Positions 10,395-19,839 of a DNA stretch of 64,000 nucleotides are shown here, piece by piece (the stretch's first letter is position 1; the number at the start of each line of letters is the position of its first letter). The stretch is from a bacterium (GTDB lineage Bacteria > UBA8248), in contig OZ253442.1 of the NCBI GenBank assembly GCA_965261085.1, forward strand, positions 3,712,001 to 3,776,000, given 5' to 3'. The notes beneath the pieces are model-generated. The model saw only the letters and a program-made list of their open reading frames with translations. It searched no databases and was not told the origin of the DNA. The translations under genes were made by a program, and so were the position numbers.

Positions 10395-10502
10395 ACTTTC
10401 TCCAACAATACCGTGCCTTCTTCAGGCGCCGTTTACGCAAGAGGCTGCCTGACAAGTGCGCGCCCTGTTGCCAGGGCATCACCGATGCGCCGGGTGTGAG
10501 GC

Positions 10503-10838
10503 TCAGGCGTCATGATGGTGTGAACCGCAGAGTTCACTTCTTCCCGTAATTCGCCCGCTTTCAGACGGCGGGGGATTACCAACGGTTTTGGAATCTTTGT
10601 AGCTTCTTGAAACTATTGAAGAAATTGGTTTTTTAGAATTTTGATTGAGGTTCGATTTCTGGAAGATGTAATCAAAACGAAAGCGAACGAATTCAAATTC
10701 CTGCGCATCTAGGCGAACTTCTGTCGTAAGCATTCGGTCGCGGGGTGATAGAGCAAACCACAGCATCGGCTGATTCGAACTGGACGGCGGGTTCAAGGAC
10801 ATGTCGACCAAGTTGAAAATATTGGTCATGTACCGCAA
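10503..10838 (-). CDS. Hypothetical protein (low GC, uncertain)
   Basis: 111-aa ORF in AT-richer DNA; no recognisable motif. Confidence 0.3.
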   Translation of the reverse strand: MRYMTNIFNLVDMSLNPPSSSNQPMLWFALSPRDRMLTTEVRLDAQEFEFVRFRFDYIFQKSNLNQNSKKPISSIVSRSYKDSKTVGNPPPSESGRITGRSELCGSHHHDA

Positions 10839-11275
10839 CCGCCCGATTTTCCTAGCGCCATCGTATTACAGAAGCACTTAGTCGGGGCGACCACATTCGG
10901 GCAGAACAACGGCTCGCTGCTGGCCTCGCCTCTATCATCACCTCATAACCGAATGGTTACCTTCTGTCGGACAAGCCCCTAAACTTTGGCTTGCAACGTT
11001 GGTTCAGGAGTTGCCAGTCCACGTCTTTTGACGGCATCCGATTTACGCTCGCGACGTAGGCGATCATAATCAAGATGTTCTTAGAAGTGAGTTGCGTGGT
11101 GCGGGACACAGTCTCAGTCTTAGCCTGTTCAAAGTCGTCGTGGCTGAAATGATTCACGGCAAAGTGCAGGCTTTTATTAAGAAGTGATTTCTCAGACGTT
11201 GTGGTTATTTACTTCGATTCTGTTCAGGACTTAGGCCAAACTGGCTGGCGAAGTCAGAAGAAAGTGAGCCACTCT

Positions 11276-11851
11276 CTATCGACGAGACCACTTGGATGCG
11301 CGCCTCGCCTGTGTGACGACACCCGTCATGCGTAACCGCCAATTCAGCAGATCCAGACTAACACCAAAGTGCTCGGCCAGAGTCTGGGTGTTTTTAGTTT
11401 TTCTATACACGACTTGCAGGCCAGCGCGTGGCACCAGAAGAGTGGCCGAAAACCAATTTGCCTCCTCTTCTTGTTCTTGTTCAAAAGAACTCAGAAGCAA
11501 ATGCCCCTCAGGAGAGACATCGATTCTGCTCGGTTCGTGGTCAAGAATGATATGGGCAAGTTCGTGCGCCAAGCTGTTGCGCTGCCTTGTCAGGGCATGG
11601 GCGGAGTTGAGAATTATCAGGTTGGTATCACCTACTCGTAGCGTCACAGCTGACCAGCTGTCCCGATCATGAATGGTAAGTTGCTTCAAACTGTCAGGGG
11701 ATAACCCCGGCACATCCTTGGGTCGCCAAACCTTTACACCAAGATGAGCAGCAAGTTCTTCTGGGTTCAGAGGATCACTCGGTCTTAGTCGTAGTGCACT
11801 TCTGTAATCTGCAGCGGCATTTTCACACCAGGTCTTGAATCCTCGGCGCAT
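11276..11851 (-). CDS. capP: ImmA/IrrE-family metallopeptidase, CapP-like
   Basis: RQRNSLAHELAHI (HExxH) and EQEEEANWFSATLLVP; follows an HTH gene and is divergent from a CBASS operon. Confidence 0.82.
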   Translation of the reverse strand: MRRGFKTWCENAAADYRSALRLRPSDPLNPEELAAHLGVKVWRPKDVPGLSPDSLKQLTIHDRDSWSAVTLRVGDTNLIILNSAHALTRQRNSLAHELAHIILDHEPSRIDVSPEGHLLLSSFEQEQEEEANWFSATLLVPRAGLQVVYRKTKNTQTLAEHFGVSLDLLNWRLRMTGVVTQARRASKWSRR

Positions 11852-11855
11852 TTAA

Positions 11856-12194
11856 TTAGAGTTTGTCCCGCGCAATCAGGGCGCGTTGGGCAGCCAGGAT
11901 CATAGCCGCCAGGGCATGGGCGGTTTCGAGCTTCATTGTTTGATCTTTACGGAAGTGAACTGAGGCTACGGGTTGGCTACCAGTGTCAGCATCAAAACCC
12001 AGAACAAGTGATGGGTCGACCCTGAGCCATCGACAGATCTTCTGGAAATTTTCCAGGTCGGGCAGGTGGCCGTTTTCAATCCGGGACAAAGTGGCTGGGG
12101 AGATTCCAATCTTTGCAGCAGTCACACGAACGCCCCGACTGCCCCGCCTTTCGGTAACCATCTGACCCAAAGTTTTGAGAGAGGGTTGAGGCAT
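11856..12194 (-). CDS. capH: XRE-family HTH repressor, CapH-like
   Basis: GVRVTAAKIGISPATLSRIENGHLPD HTH; C-terminal VHFRKDQ...ALAAMILAAQ helix; GGAGG RBS. Confidence 0.8.
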   Translation of the reverse strand: MPQPSLKTLGQMVTERRGSRGVRVTAAKIGISPATLSRIENGHLPDLENFQKICRWLRVDPSLVLGFDADTGSQPVASVHFRKDQTMKLETAHALAAMILAAQRALIARDKL

Positions 12195-12206
12195 GGCATT
12201 CCTCCG

Positions 12207-12284
12207 TGTTTCAAATATGAAACAAATAGTGTTTGATTCATAAAACAATCTGGGCTATGGTTTCACTGTTTCACTTGTGAGACG
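12207..12284. promoter_or_regulatory. Three imperfect TGTTTCA-N4-TGAAACA palindromes (putative CapH operators)
   Basis: TGTTTCAAATATGAAACA 12207-12224, TGTTTGATTCATAAAACA 12230-12247, TGTTTCACTTGTGAGACG 12267-12284 in the divergent capH/CD-NTase gap. Confidence 0.6.
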
Positions 12285-12452
12285 TTTTTGACAGAAGAAT
12301 GAAAATCAGTCAAGTCCCTGCTTTTTACGAAACTGAGGTATTCAAACAACATTGCCGCAGGAGCCGGACTGTGAAGCGCAAGACGACGATTATGAAATGA
12401 TTGAGGTTTGCCAAGCGTTTTTGATCAATTATTTACCCAAATGAGGAATGCT

Positions 12453-13658
12453 ATGACAATTCAAACAGGCGAGTACTCCAGATTTCTAGAGAAGGTCGCG
12501 GAAGAGACCGATATACCGCCAAGCAAGTATCAGGATGCGGTTGACCGCTACAAGTCCGTCGGGCATTGGTTGCAAGACGGTGAGTACTCTAGGTGTTCTG
12601 GCGAACCAAATATTTACGCCCAAGGCTCTTTTCGTTTGGGCACGGTAGTGAGGCCGATTAGAGGAGGTCTTGAAGCCGATTACGACATAGATCTTGTCTG
12701 TGAGTTGCCGATTGCAAAACACTGGACAGATGCCCGTTCCGTGAAAATGATGGTCGGGGATCGTCTTTTCGAACACGGCAAATACCGCAAACTGCTCGAC
12801 AAGGAAGGAAAAAGGTGCTGGACGCTTGAATATGCCGAACAGGACGGTATCGGGTTCCATCTCGACGTTCTGCCCTCGGTGCCGGATCCGCGTGTGCCAG
12901 GTTCAATGGACACCTCCATCGCGATCACGAACAAGCGGGGCGAAATTTACGACTGGTCGGCGAGCAATCCGAGAGGATACGGCGAATGGTTCGACCACAG
13001 AAACAAAGAGGCATTCAACATGGTTGTGATGGAGCAAAAACGATCCATTCAATCACGTGCCCCCATGTTCTATGCCACGGTTGACGAGGTGCCCGACCAG
13101 CTCGTCCGCACATCCCTTCAGCGTTCCGTTCAGATCATGAAGCGTCATCGGGATTTGAAATTCAGCAATAGTCAGGACAATGGCCACATGCCCATCTCGA
13201 TAATTATCACGACCCTCGCGGCACAGCTCTATCATAGAGAGCCGGATATATATTCGGCATTAAGCGGAATCGTCAACAGACTCTATGCCTATGCGGGGCT
13301 TGTCGACAATAGACTTGTTAACAGGACCAATGATCCCTCCAACCTGATCAGACGTACGCCAGACGGCAAATGGTACATAGGCAATCCGGTCAATCCCGAT
13401 GAGAATTTTGCGGACCGCTGGCACGAGGATAATCACGCCCGTGCGCGAGCCTTCTTTTTCTGGGTGGAAACTCTCAAGGAGGATCTCATCGACATCCTGA
13501 CTGCTAGCCGCCCCGAAGCGGTCCGTAATCGACTCTCGGTGGCGCTTGGTGCTTCGGTCGTGTCCAGCCATTTGGGCCTGCTCACTCCGACACCGGCAAC
13601 ATTCAGCCCGCCGAAAGTGCATATCACAAAGCCAGCCAAACCTTGGGGATTTAAGTGA
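12453..13658 (+). CDS. CD-NTase (cGAS/DncV-like cyclic oligonucleotide synthase) of CBASS
   Basis: QGSFRLGTVVRP, DYDIDLVC, FHLDVLP, SNPRGYGEWF, PISIIITTLAA, NPVNPDENFADRW; tail KPWGFK. Confidence 0.93.
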   Translation: MTIQTGEYSRFLEKVAEETDIPPSKYQDAVDRYKSVGHWLQDGEYSRCSGEPNIYAQGSFRLGTVVRPIRGGLEADYDIDLVCELPIAKHWTDARSVKMMVGDRLFEHGKYRKLLDKEGKRCWTLEYAEQDGIGFHLDVLPSVPDPRVPGSMDTSIAITNKRGEIYDWSASNPRGYGEWFDHRNKEAFNMVVMEQKRSIQSRAPMFYATVDEVPDQLVRTSLQRSVQIMKRHRDLKFSNSQDNGHMPISIIITTLAAQLYHREPDIYSALSGIVNRLYAYAGLVDNRLVNRTNDPSNLIRRTPDGKWYIGNPVNPDENFADRWHEDNHARARAFFFWVETLKEDLIDILTASRPEAVRNRLSVALGASVVSSHLGLLTPTPATFSPPKVHITKPAKPWGFK

Positions 13659-14383
13659 CGGAACTCACCTCACAGATTACCGAGTTACAAGCGATTCACA
13701 AGGAGCTGAAAAAGACCGGGGAGAAGAAGGATGAAATTGTCCTGTCCGGACAGCTACCTTTTGAAGCAGGGCCCGACAGTTTCGCACAGATTACGGATAG
13801 TTTCGAGATTGAAATGCTGATTCCCAATGCATATCCGGACATTCTGCCGCGGGTCAGGGAGACAGGCGGCAAAATCGACAGCAATTATGAGCATGTTTTT
13901 TCGAACGGGACCCTATGTCTGGCAGTTCCGGTCGAGATGCGCAGGATATTTCATCAACAGCCATCGCTGCTGGGTTTTGTGAACAGGCTCGTTATTCCGT
14001 ATTTTTACGGTTATTGCCACTGGAGAGAACATGGAGAACATCCTTTTGGTGAGCAGGAGCATGATGGTAAAGGGATCATCCAATATTATATGGAAAGGCT
14101 GAATTTGAGTGACGAAGTCACAGCATTGGCTTTCGTCTGCTCTCTTTACGAACATGGATACCGGGGCCACCATGATTGCCCGTGTGGCAGTGAGCGCAGG
14201 GTTCGTAAGTGTCACGGTCCGACGTTGATGGAGCTCCAAAGACACCATACGCCGTTTACGCTCCGTCACGATTTGGGTTTCGCTCTTGAACATTTCGCTC
14301 GAAAGCTAGAGGACGGACAGTTACCCTTTCCGGATGCACTCACGAAGCAGGTTGGCCGCATTCTCAAGAAGATCAAGTTCTAA
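13655..14383 (+). CDS. E2 (UBC-fold) protein with SEC-C-like zinc motif, short type II (E2) CBASS
   Basis: FEIEMLIPNAYPDILPRV...HVFSNGTLCL (E2 His/Cys core) and CPCGSERRVRKCH; GTG start overlaps the CD-NTase stop. Confidence 0.85.
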   Translation: MTELTSQITELQAIHKELKKTGEKKDEIVLSGQLPFEAGPDSFAQITDSFEIEMLIPNAYPDILPRVRETGGKIDSNYEHVFSNGTLCLAVPVEMRRIFHQQPSLLGFVNRLVIPYFYGYCHWREHGEHPFGEQEHDGKGIIQYYMERLNLSDEVTALAFVCSLYEHGYRGHHDCPCGSERRVRKCHGPTLMELQRHHTPFTLRHDLGFALEHFARKLEDGQLPFPDALTKQVGRILKKIKF

Positions 14384-14593
14384 CGCTTCGAAATCTGCTG
14401 TTTCCGGTGAGGTGATCCTTTGATTGGTTCCAATAATTCACGGGCTCAATTTGTGCAATCCGACGTTCGGTTGGAGATTGTAGAGTGTGCATAGCGAGCG
14501 GAATTGCCGAGTCAGGGCTGATTTGTGTTTCAGTTAGTTATCTCGGGGCATAGAGCAGTGAAATTGATGGTCAACACCAGTTAGGTAGTAATT

Positions 14594-15694
14594 ATGAAGA
14601 TATTGTACAGACATTTTCTCAAATCACTGATCGACTGGGTATTCAGGCGGTGCTCCCCGGCCCTCATAATGAAGAGCGCCGGACTGGTGTGCACAACGCT
14701 TGCTTTTGGCGCAGGCTGGGTATTGGATGTATCAATTCCCTTCCTAGATGGCCAGATTGATATCAGCTTCGATAGTTCTGGTGGGGCGCCAACTTTTTTG
14801 GTCAATGCAGTAGGCATCGTTGGGTTGGGTCTATTGATAACCGGGTTCTGTTGGGAATTTTTTCGTTACTGGGCTGAACGAAAGCGCCTTGATCGCAAGA
14901 AGGTTATCGTCGTCGAAGCTCGTGGACTACGTGATTCGGGCGGAACGCCTCTTATCGAGGCAATTCCCGCGAGTTTGGAAGGGCACCGGGACCATGTCCT
15001 GATCGACATGCGCCAGCGCATCAAGGACGGTGAGATTGTGGAGCCGAAAGCGGTGCTTGGGGAACTAATTTCACTGCCCACTGATCTGAAACGCCGGGAA
15101 AACGGGATCGACCGCCGCGACCTCACACTGGTTTATGGTGGCCTTGCACCGGTGCCGTTCACATTTCTGACCGGTGTATTAATCGACGATGAGAGTGTGA
15201 TTGTAATCCTGGATTGGGATCGGCACTTGGAAAATTGGCGAGAACTTGAGGATTCGGATGATGGCAAGCGTTTCATATGCTCGGGACTCGACTGCATACC
15301 GGTGGATGCACGCGAAGTTGCTTTGGCGGTGTCCGTTTCCTACAGGGTGAATACGGATGATGTTCGTGCCAAAGTTGGCGAAATACCTGTAGTTGCACTG
15401 GAGCTTGAAGGTGGCTCGCCGGATTGCCACTGGTCCGAGGATAAGCAACGCGCTCTTGGTAAGCAGTTTCTTGAAACCGTTATCGGCTTGGGGAATCGCC
15501 GTGTTGAATGTATCCACCTGTTCCTCGCTGCGCAGAACAGTATCGTCTTCAGGTTTGGTAGACTGTACGACAAGCGAAACCTGCCCAAAGTTGTCGTCTA
15601 CCAGTATCAAAGGTCCATCGTTCCACCATATCCGTGGGGTATTCTGATGCCTGTATGCGGAATTGAACAGCCTATGCTAGTGAGCGGCAAATAA
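14594..15694 (+). CDS. 2TM-SAVED CBASS effector (Cap14-like)
   Basis: Two N-terminal hydrophobic segments, then SAVED motifs YGGLAPVPFTFLTG, VALAVSVSY, IHLFLAAQNSIVFRFG, YPWG. Confidence 0.88.
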   Translation: MKILYRHFLKSLIDWVFRRCSPALIMKSAGLVCTTLAFGAGWVLDVSIPFLDGQIDISFDSSGGAPTFLVNAVGIVGLGLLITGFCWEFFRYWAERKRLDRKKVIVVEARGLRDSGGTPLIEAIPASLEGHRDHVLIDMRQRIKDGEIVEPKAVLGELISLPTDLKRRENGIDRRDLTLVYGGLAPVPFTFLTGVLIDDESVIVILDWDRHLENWRELEDSDDGKRFICSGLDCIPVDAREVALAVSVSYRVNTDDVRAKVGEIPVVALELEGGSPDCHWSEDKQRALGKQFLETVIGLGNRRVECIHLFLAAQNSIVFRFGRLYDKRNLPKVVVYQYQRSIVPPYPWGILMPVCGIEQPMLVSGK

Positions 15695-16220
15695 CATTCA
15701 TATTTCGATTTTCGATACAGTGTTGTGAATCGTTTTTCTTCGAGGTTACCCGAAATAAATTCTGCCAAGCGATTTTTTATGACTCGCCCGGCACGCCGAG
15801 TAACAACGCCAATACTTACATACTCTGGCGTTACAATGCTGAGGCCATCGATTGACGCTTGAGTATGATGACCCGGTTTGCTCCAGGTATTATTGGGCTT
15901 ACTTTGGATAAGACATGGCATGAGAGAGTCGATTTCCGGAAAACGGATTGCGCCGAACCTGCCTGGCTCTAGCCAAAAAGGATCGGAGCATACCGCCTGT
16001 AGTTAGCGAGGAAACTTAAGAGTACTTTGTCAGAACTTTCAATTGGCCTTTTGAGACGGACAAAAGAGGGTTCCAATTATCGGTATCTCGCCAAGAAAAT
16101 TTCCCCGCTCCTTTTGAGACACTAGGTCATTGCCATCGGCACGGCCCTGTCCGACAGCGCTCAGGCAAGGTTCGTGGATTTTATTCCTACTTGATTTTCT
16201 GGCTAGAATCAGACATATTA

Positions 16221-16244
16221 TCCTTATATATTATTATACAAGGA
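16221..16244. promoter_or_regulatory. Inverted repeat upstream of AbiEi (putative autoregulatory operator)
   Basis: TCCTTATATA-TTAT-TATACAAGGA (one mismatch) just before the start codon. Confidence 0.5.
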
Positions 16245-16252
16245 CAAATAGA

Positions 16253-16858
16253 ATGACATTGGGACTCAAAGAACAACCTGAAGAAATCTTCCGCGAGCAC
16301 GGTGGCCAGCTTCGAATGAGCGAGGCTCTCGCTTGCGGGCTCACGCGCTACACCCTGTATGCGCTCAGGGACAGGGGCGTCGTCGAGCAAATCACCAGGG
16401 GCATTTACCGGCTTCGGGAACTTCCCCCGCTCGGCAACCCGGATCTGGTGACTGTGAGCCTTCGCTTTCCCAAGGCCGTCGTTTGCCTCGTCTCGGCACT
16501 TGCTTGGCACGGCATCACAACCCAGATACCACATGTGGTTTCCGTGGCGGTGCCGAAGGACTCTCGGACGCCTACACTCAAATATCCTCCCATCAAAGTA
16601 CACAAATTCTCCCGTGAAGCATACGGACCCGGTATCGAAGTACATCTGCTCGATGGAGCGCCAGTCAAAATATACAACCCTGCAAAAACCCTGGCTGACT
16701 GTTTCAAGTTTCGTAACAAGATCGGAATGGACGTCGTGCTTGAGGCGCTGAAATTCCACAAGGCGCGAAACGGGCTCAACCTCGGCGAACTACTCGAATA
16801 CGCCAGGATTTGCCGGGTCGAAAAGGTGATGCGGCCCTATCTCGAGGCGATTCTGTGA
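16253..16858 (+). CDS. abiEi: Type IV TA antitoxin, AbiEi family
   Basis: wHTH ...VEQITRGIYRL, VVCLVSALAWHGITTQIP, KIYNPAKTLADCFKFRNKIG. Confidence 0.88.
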   Translation: MTLGLKEQPEEIFREHGGQLRMSEALACGLTRYTLYALRDRGVVEQITRGIYRLRELPPLGNPDLVTVSLRFPKAVVCLVSALAWHGITTQIPHVVSVAVPKDSRTPTLKYPPIKVHKFSREAYGPGIEVHLLDGAPVKIYNPAKTLADCFKFRNKIGMDVVLEALKFHKARNGLNLGELLEYARICRVEKVMRPYLEAIL

Positions 16859-17757
16859 CACCTCCGAGAAACGCGCCCGCCTCCGTGAGGCAACGCCTCC
16901 TGAACCGGGCCAGGAGCGATGGGCGTCTCTTCGGCGAAATGCTCCAGTACTTCGCCATGGAGCGGTTTCTCTACCGGCTGTCCCGCTCCGCTCACGCCGA
17001 GCGGTTCATCCTCAAGGGCGCATTGATGATGAAAGTCTGGCGTTCGGCGGAGTTTCGCCCAACCATGGACATCGATCTGCTCGGTAGGACGAGCAACGAG
17101 GAGGCTGAAGTCGCCGCGCAAATACGCGACATCCTGCTCGTCGAAGTGGAAACGGACGGACTCGCCTTCGATCCGGATTCCATCCGAACCGAACGGGTCA
17201 CGGAGGATGCGGACTATGGCGGTATCAGGGTTCGATTCTCGGGCGCATTGGATACCGCGAGAATCCACATGCAGATTGACATCGGATTCGGGGACGTCGT
17301 ATATCCAGGACCTGAAGAATCCGAGCTTCCGGTCATGCTGGATTTCCCGGCACCGAGACTGCTCTGCTACAGCCGCGAGAGCTCCATCGCGGAGAAGTTC
17401 GAGGCCATGGTCAAGCTCGGCATGCTCAACAGCCGGATGAAGGATTTCTACGACATCTGGTTGCTGTCCCGCCAGTTCGACTTTACGGGGGACGAATTGG
17501 CCCGGGCCATTCGGCTGACCTTCGAGCGACGGGACACCCAGTTGCCACTCGAGATCGAGGCGTTCTCCAGACCCTTCGCCGATGCCAAACAAACCCAGTG
17601 GACGGCGTTCCGTAATAGGCTCCAACAGCTACATGTTCCCGAATCTTTCGCGGAAATCACGGCTTCGGTGGAGCGGTTTCTCTCGCCCGTCGTCGCTGCC
17701 CTTTCCTCCGGAAAACCGAGCCCGGCAAACTGGGCCGCACCCGGCCCATGGATCTAA
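16855..17757 (+). CDS. abiEii: Type IV TA toxin, AbiEii nucleotidyltransferase
   Basis: FILKGALMM, RPTMDIDL, IAEKFEAM, SRMKDFYDI; GTGA overlap with the antitoxin. Confidence 0.9.
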   Translation: MTPPRNAPASVRQRLLNRARSDGRLFGEMLQYFAMERFLYRLSRSAHAERFILKGALMMKVWRSAEFRPTMDIDLLGRTSNEEAEVAAQIRDILLVEVETDGLAFDPDSIRTERVTEDADYGGIRVRFSGALDTARIHMQIDIGFGDVVYPGPEESELPVMLDFPAPRLLCYSRESSIAEKFEAMVKLGMLNSRMKDFYDIWLLSRQFDFTGDELARAIRLTFERRDTQLPLEIEAFSRPFADAKQTQWTAFRNRLQQLHVPESFAEITASVERFLSPVVAALSSGKPSPANWAAPGPWI

Positions 17758-18102
17758 GGTGGAATCTTTCCATCGAAACGAATACCTTCTCGGGTTTGTC
17801 ATCTCCAAGATATGACTTGAACGCAGTATACTCGATTCTAGTCGACTAGACGAGATGAGATTGGGGGTTTTGCGATGAATTGCCCGAGAAACAAGTCCCG
17901 AACTATGTAGACGATGCGTATCCCATTGAGGATAAGTAGGATATAATCGTATTCGTGTGTAAAGGTCTTCATCTTCACAGGTTGGTTACCTCAAGCACAG
18001 CTTCATGTGACACAAGAAGTCTTCCGCCCGCAAACTTAATTCGGTATACAGTGCCTCAAATGCCCCTGATGGACACGAGTGGAGGAAAGTGGCGGAACGA
18101 CC

Positions 18103-19839
18103 ATGAGTAAAGCGGATACAGGATTGACTAAGGAAAACTTCGAAGCGGAACTCAAGAAAAACTATACCGAAGGTTCATTGTTGAATTTCCTGCTTTCCAC
18201 CGTGAACCAACTACAGTCTATAGGACAGGATGAATTGGCGCGTGAGACTGTAGTCGAATTGCATAATAATGGTGAGATTGACGTTCTCGATACGAATCAA
18301 TGGGCAACATTTGAAACAGAAGGGAATTTATCATTTTTCCAGTTTCAGCATTTTTTTAACGAAATGCTTCCCAAGTTGTCTGCTTCACATCAGAGTGTGA
18401 TGTTCGTCGTAAAAAAACTTGTCCAACTTGGCGGGAAAGACCTGGCAGCCAACGAACCAAATGTCGCATTTGTTGAATGGTGCCGACAAGATGAAAAACA
18501 AGCCTTATCGATCCTGGAAGACGCCCGCCAGGGAAATCAACTGGCGCTTGACTATCTCATTTTTGCTCTAGACTCAGGAAATTATTTCGAGGAAGCGAAG
18601 GCTTTTCTGGAAAGTGATTACCCAGAGGCCCGCCTTAGCGGAGCGGCGTCCATGGGAAGGATGTCACTGTCCGCTTCACAGGAAACCGAGGCGAACGCTG
18701 TTATCATCAGGGGACTTGAACAATGTGATGATCCTGGCTTTGCGGCAAATCTCTATGCCGCTGCATTTGCGATAGCTGAAAAATCGGACAAAGCAGATCT
18801 ATTAATTCTTAAGACTGTAGCCGAGTTGTCTGCGAGGCACCTTTCGCCGAACCTACAATCCCAAGCCGTCCGTTTTCTATTCAGGAACGCCAAAACTCTC
18901 GATCGGGATTGCCTCGATGCAATCATGAAGCTCTTGAGAAAAATTGATCCACAACACATCGAAAATTTAGAAATACTGGACTTTGCGCTCTCGGCGCTGA
19001 TCGAGGCCGGATTTTTGGATACCGTTCTTGACCTGCTCGAGAACCTTGTCGAGACGAGTTCCGGTAAAATATCAATCGCGCGATTTAAGGACTTCTCCAG
19101 GGAAATCTCAGAGGACAGCGACACACTGGCAAGCGTGGCAGTACGCTGGTTTGGTGCTGGAGATTTGAGTATTTGTGCAGGATTCGCAAGTCTCCTTTCA
19201 GAGGGTGCGCGACTAAATCTCGGGAAAGGGGGTCTTCCTAAAGTACACGGAGATTTGGTTTTCATGTGCCGGAAGGTTGTTGGACATCTTTTCATGAAGC
19301 CGCTCGTTGCCGCTTCTTTTTTGCTGAGTGTCATCAAACATTCAGATGAAAGCGGCAAAAAAGCCGCTGCAGATCTTCTGTCTTATCCTCTTCTGATCAG
19401 TTACGAGGGCAAACTTAGAGAGTACCTCGAAGAATTCTGCGCTAATTCCAAAGGCTCAGCCGCAGATACTGTATTGGAGGTGCTGGATCGAAATGCAGCC
19501 TATCTGAAGGACTTGGAGGGGATTGAAACTCTAGTCGAGTTACAACCTAGTGAAGAACAGCGACAGGCAGAAAGAGAGCGTTGGAATGAAATGGCGCGAA
19601 AAATCGCAAAGGAAGTTGAGCGGAACTCCATACTAAGTCATATCCCTAAAAGTTACCTTTTATACGGGCGAAGTGTGTTGACTTTCGTAGAAGATCCAGA
19701 CGGCTCGACCCGGAAAATTGAAGCGCCGATGGGAGAAGTATCATCTGAGAGCGAGCATCCCAGGCTCGATATTATTGACCATGTGGGCCTCCAGTTTTTA
19801 TTGTTTTCCTTCAAGGCCGAGAAAAAAGTGATTCCATGA
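18103..19839 (+). CDS. Uncharacterised alpha-helical (HEAT/ARM-like) protein, gene A of a two-gene cassette
   Basis: 578 aa, L/A/E-rich helical pattern (e.g. PEARLSGAASMGRM); low GC; ATGA overlap with the next gene. Confidence 0.75.
   Translation: MSKADTGLTKENFEAELKKNYTEGSLLNFLLSTVNQLQSIGQDELARETVVELHNNGEIDVLDTNQWATFETEGNLSFFQFQHFFNEMLPKLSASHQSVMFVVKKLVQLGGKDLAANEPNVAFVEWCRQDEKQALSILEDARQGNQLALDYLIFALDSGNYFEEAKAFLESDYPEARLSGAASMGRMSLSASQETEANAVIIRGLEQCDDPGFAANLYAAAFAIAEKSDKADLLILKTVAELSARHLSPNLQSQAVRFLFRNAKTLDRDCLDAIMKLLRKIDPQHIENLEILDFALSALIEAGFLDTVLDLLENLVETSSGKISIARFKDFSREISEDSDTLASVAVRWFGAGDLSICAGFASLLSEGARLNLGKGGLPKVHGDLVFMCRKVVGHLFMKPLVAASFLLSVIKHSDESGKKAAADLLSYPLLISYEGKLREYLEEFCANSKGSAADTVLEVLDRNAAYLKDLEGIETLVELQPSEEQRQAERERWNEMARKIAKEVERNSILSHIPKSYLLYGRSVLTFVEDPDGSTRKIEAPMGEVSSESEHPRLDIIDHVGLQFLLFSFKAEKKVIP

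Noticed and set aside
10957-11157. 66-aa ORF downstream of capP as a third regulator gene
   Set aside because: No RBS or motif recognised; may be a fragment.
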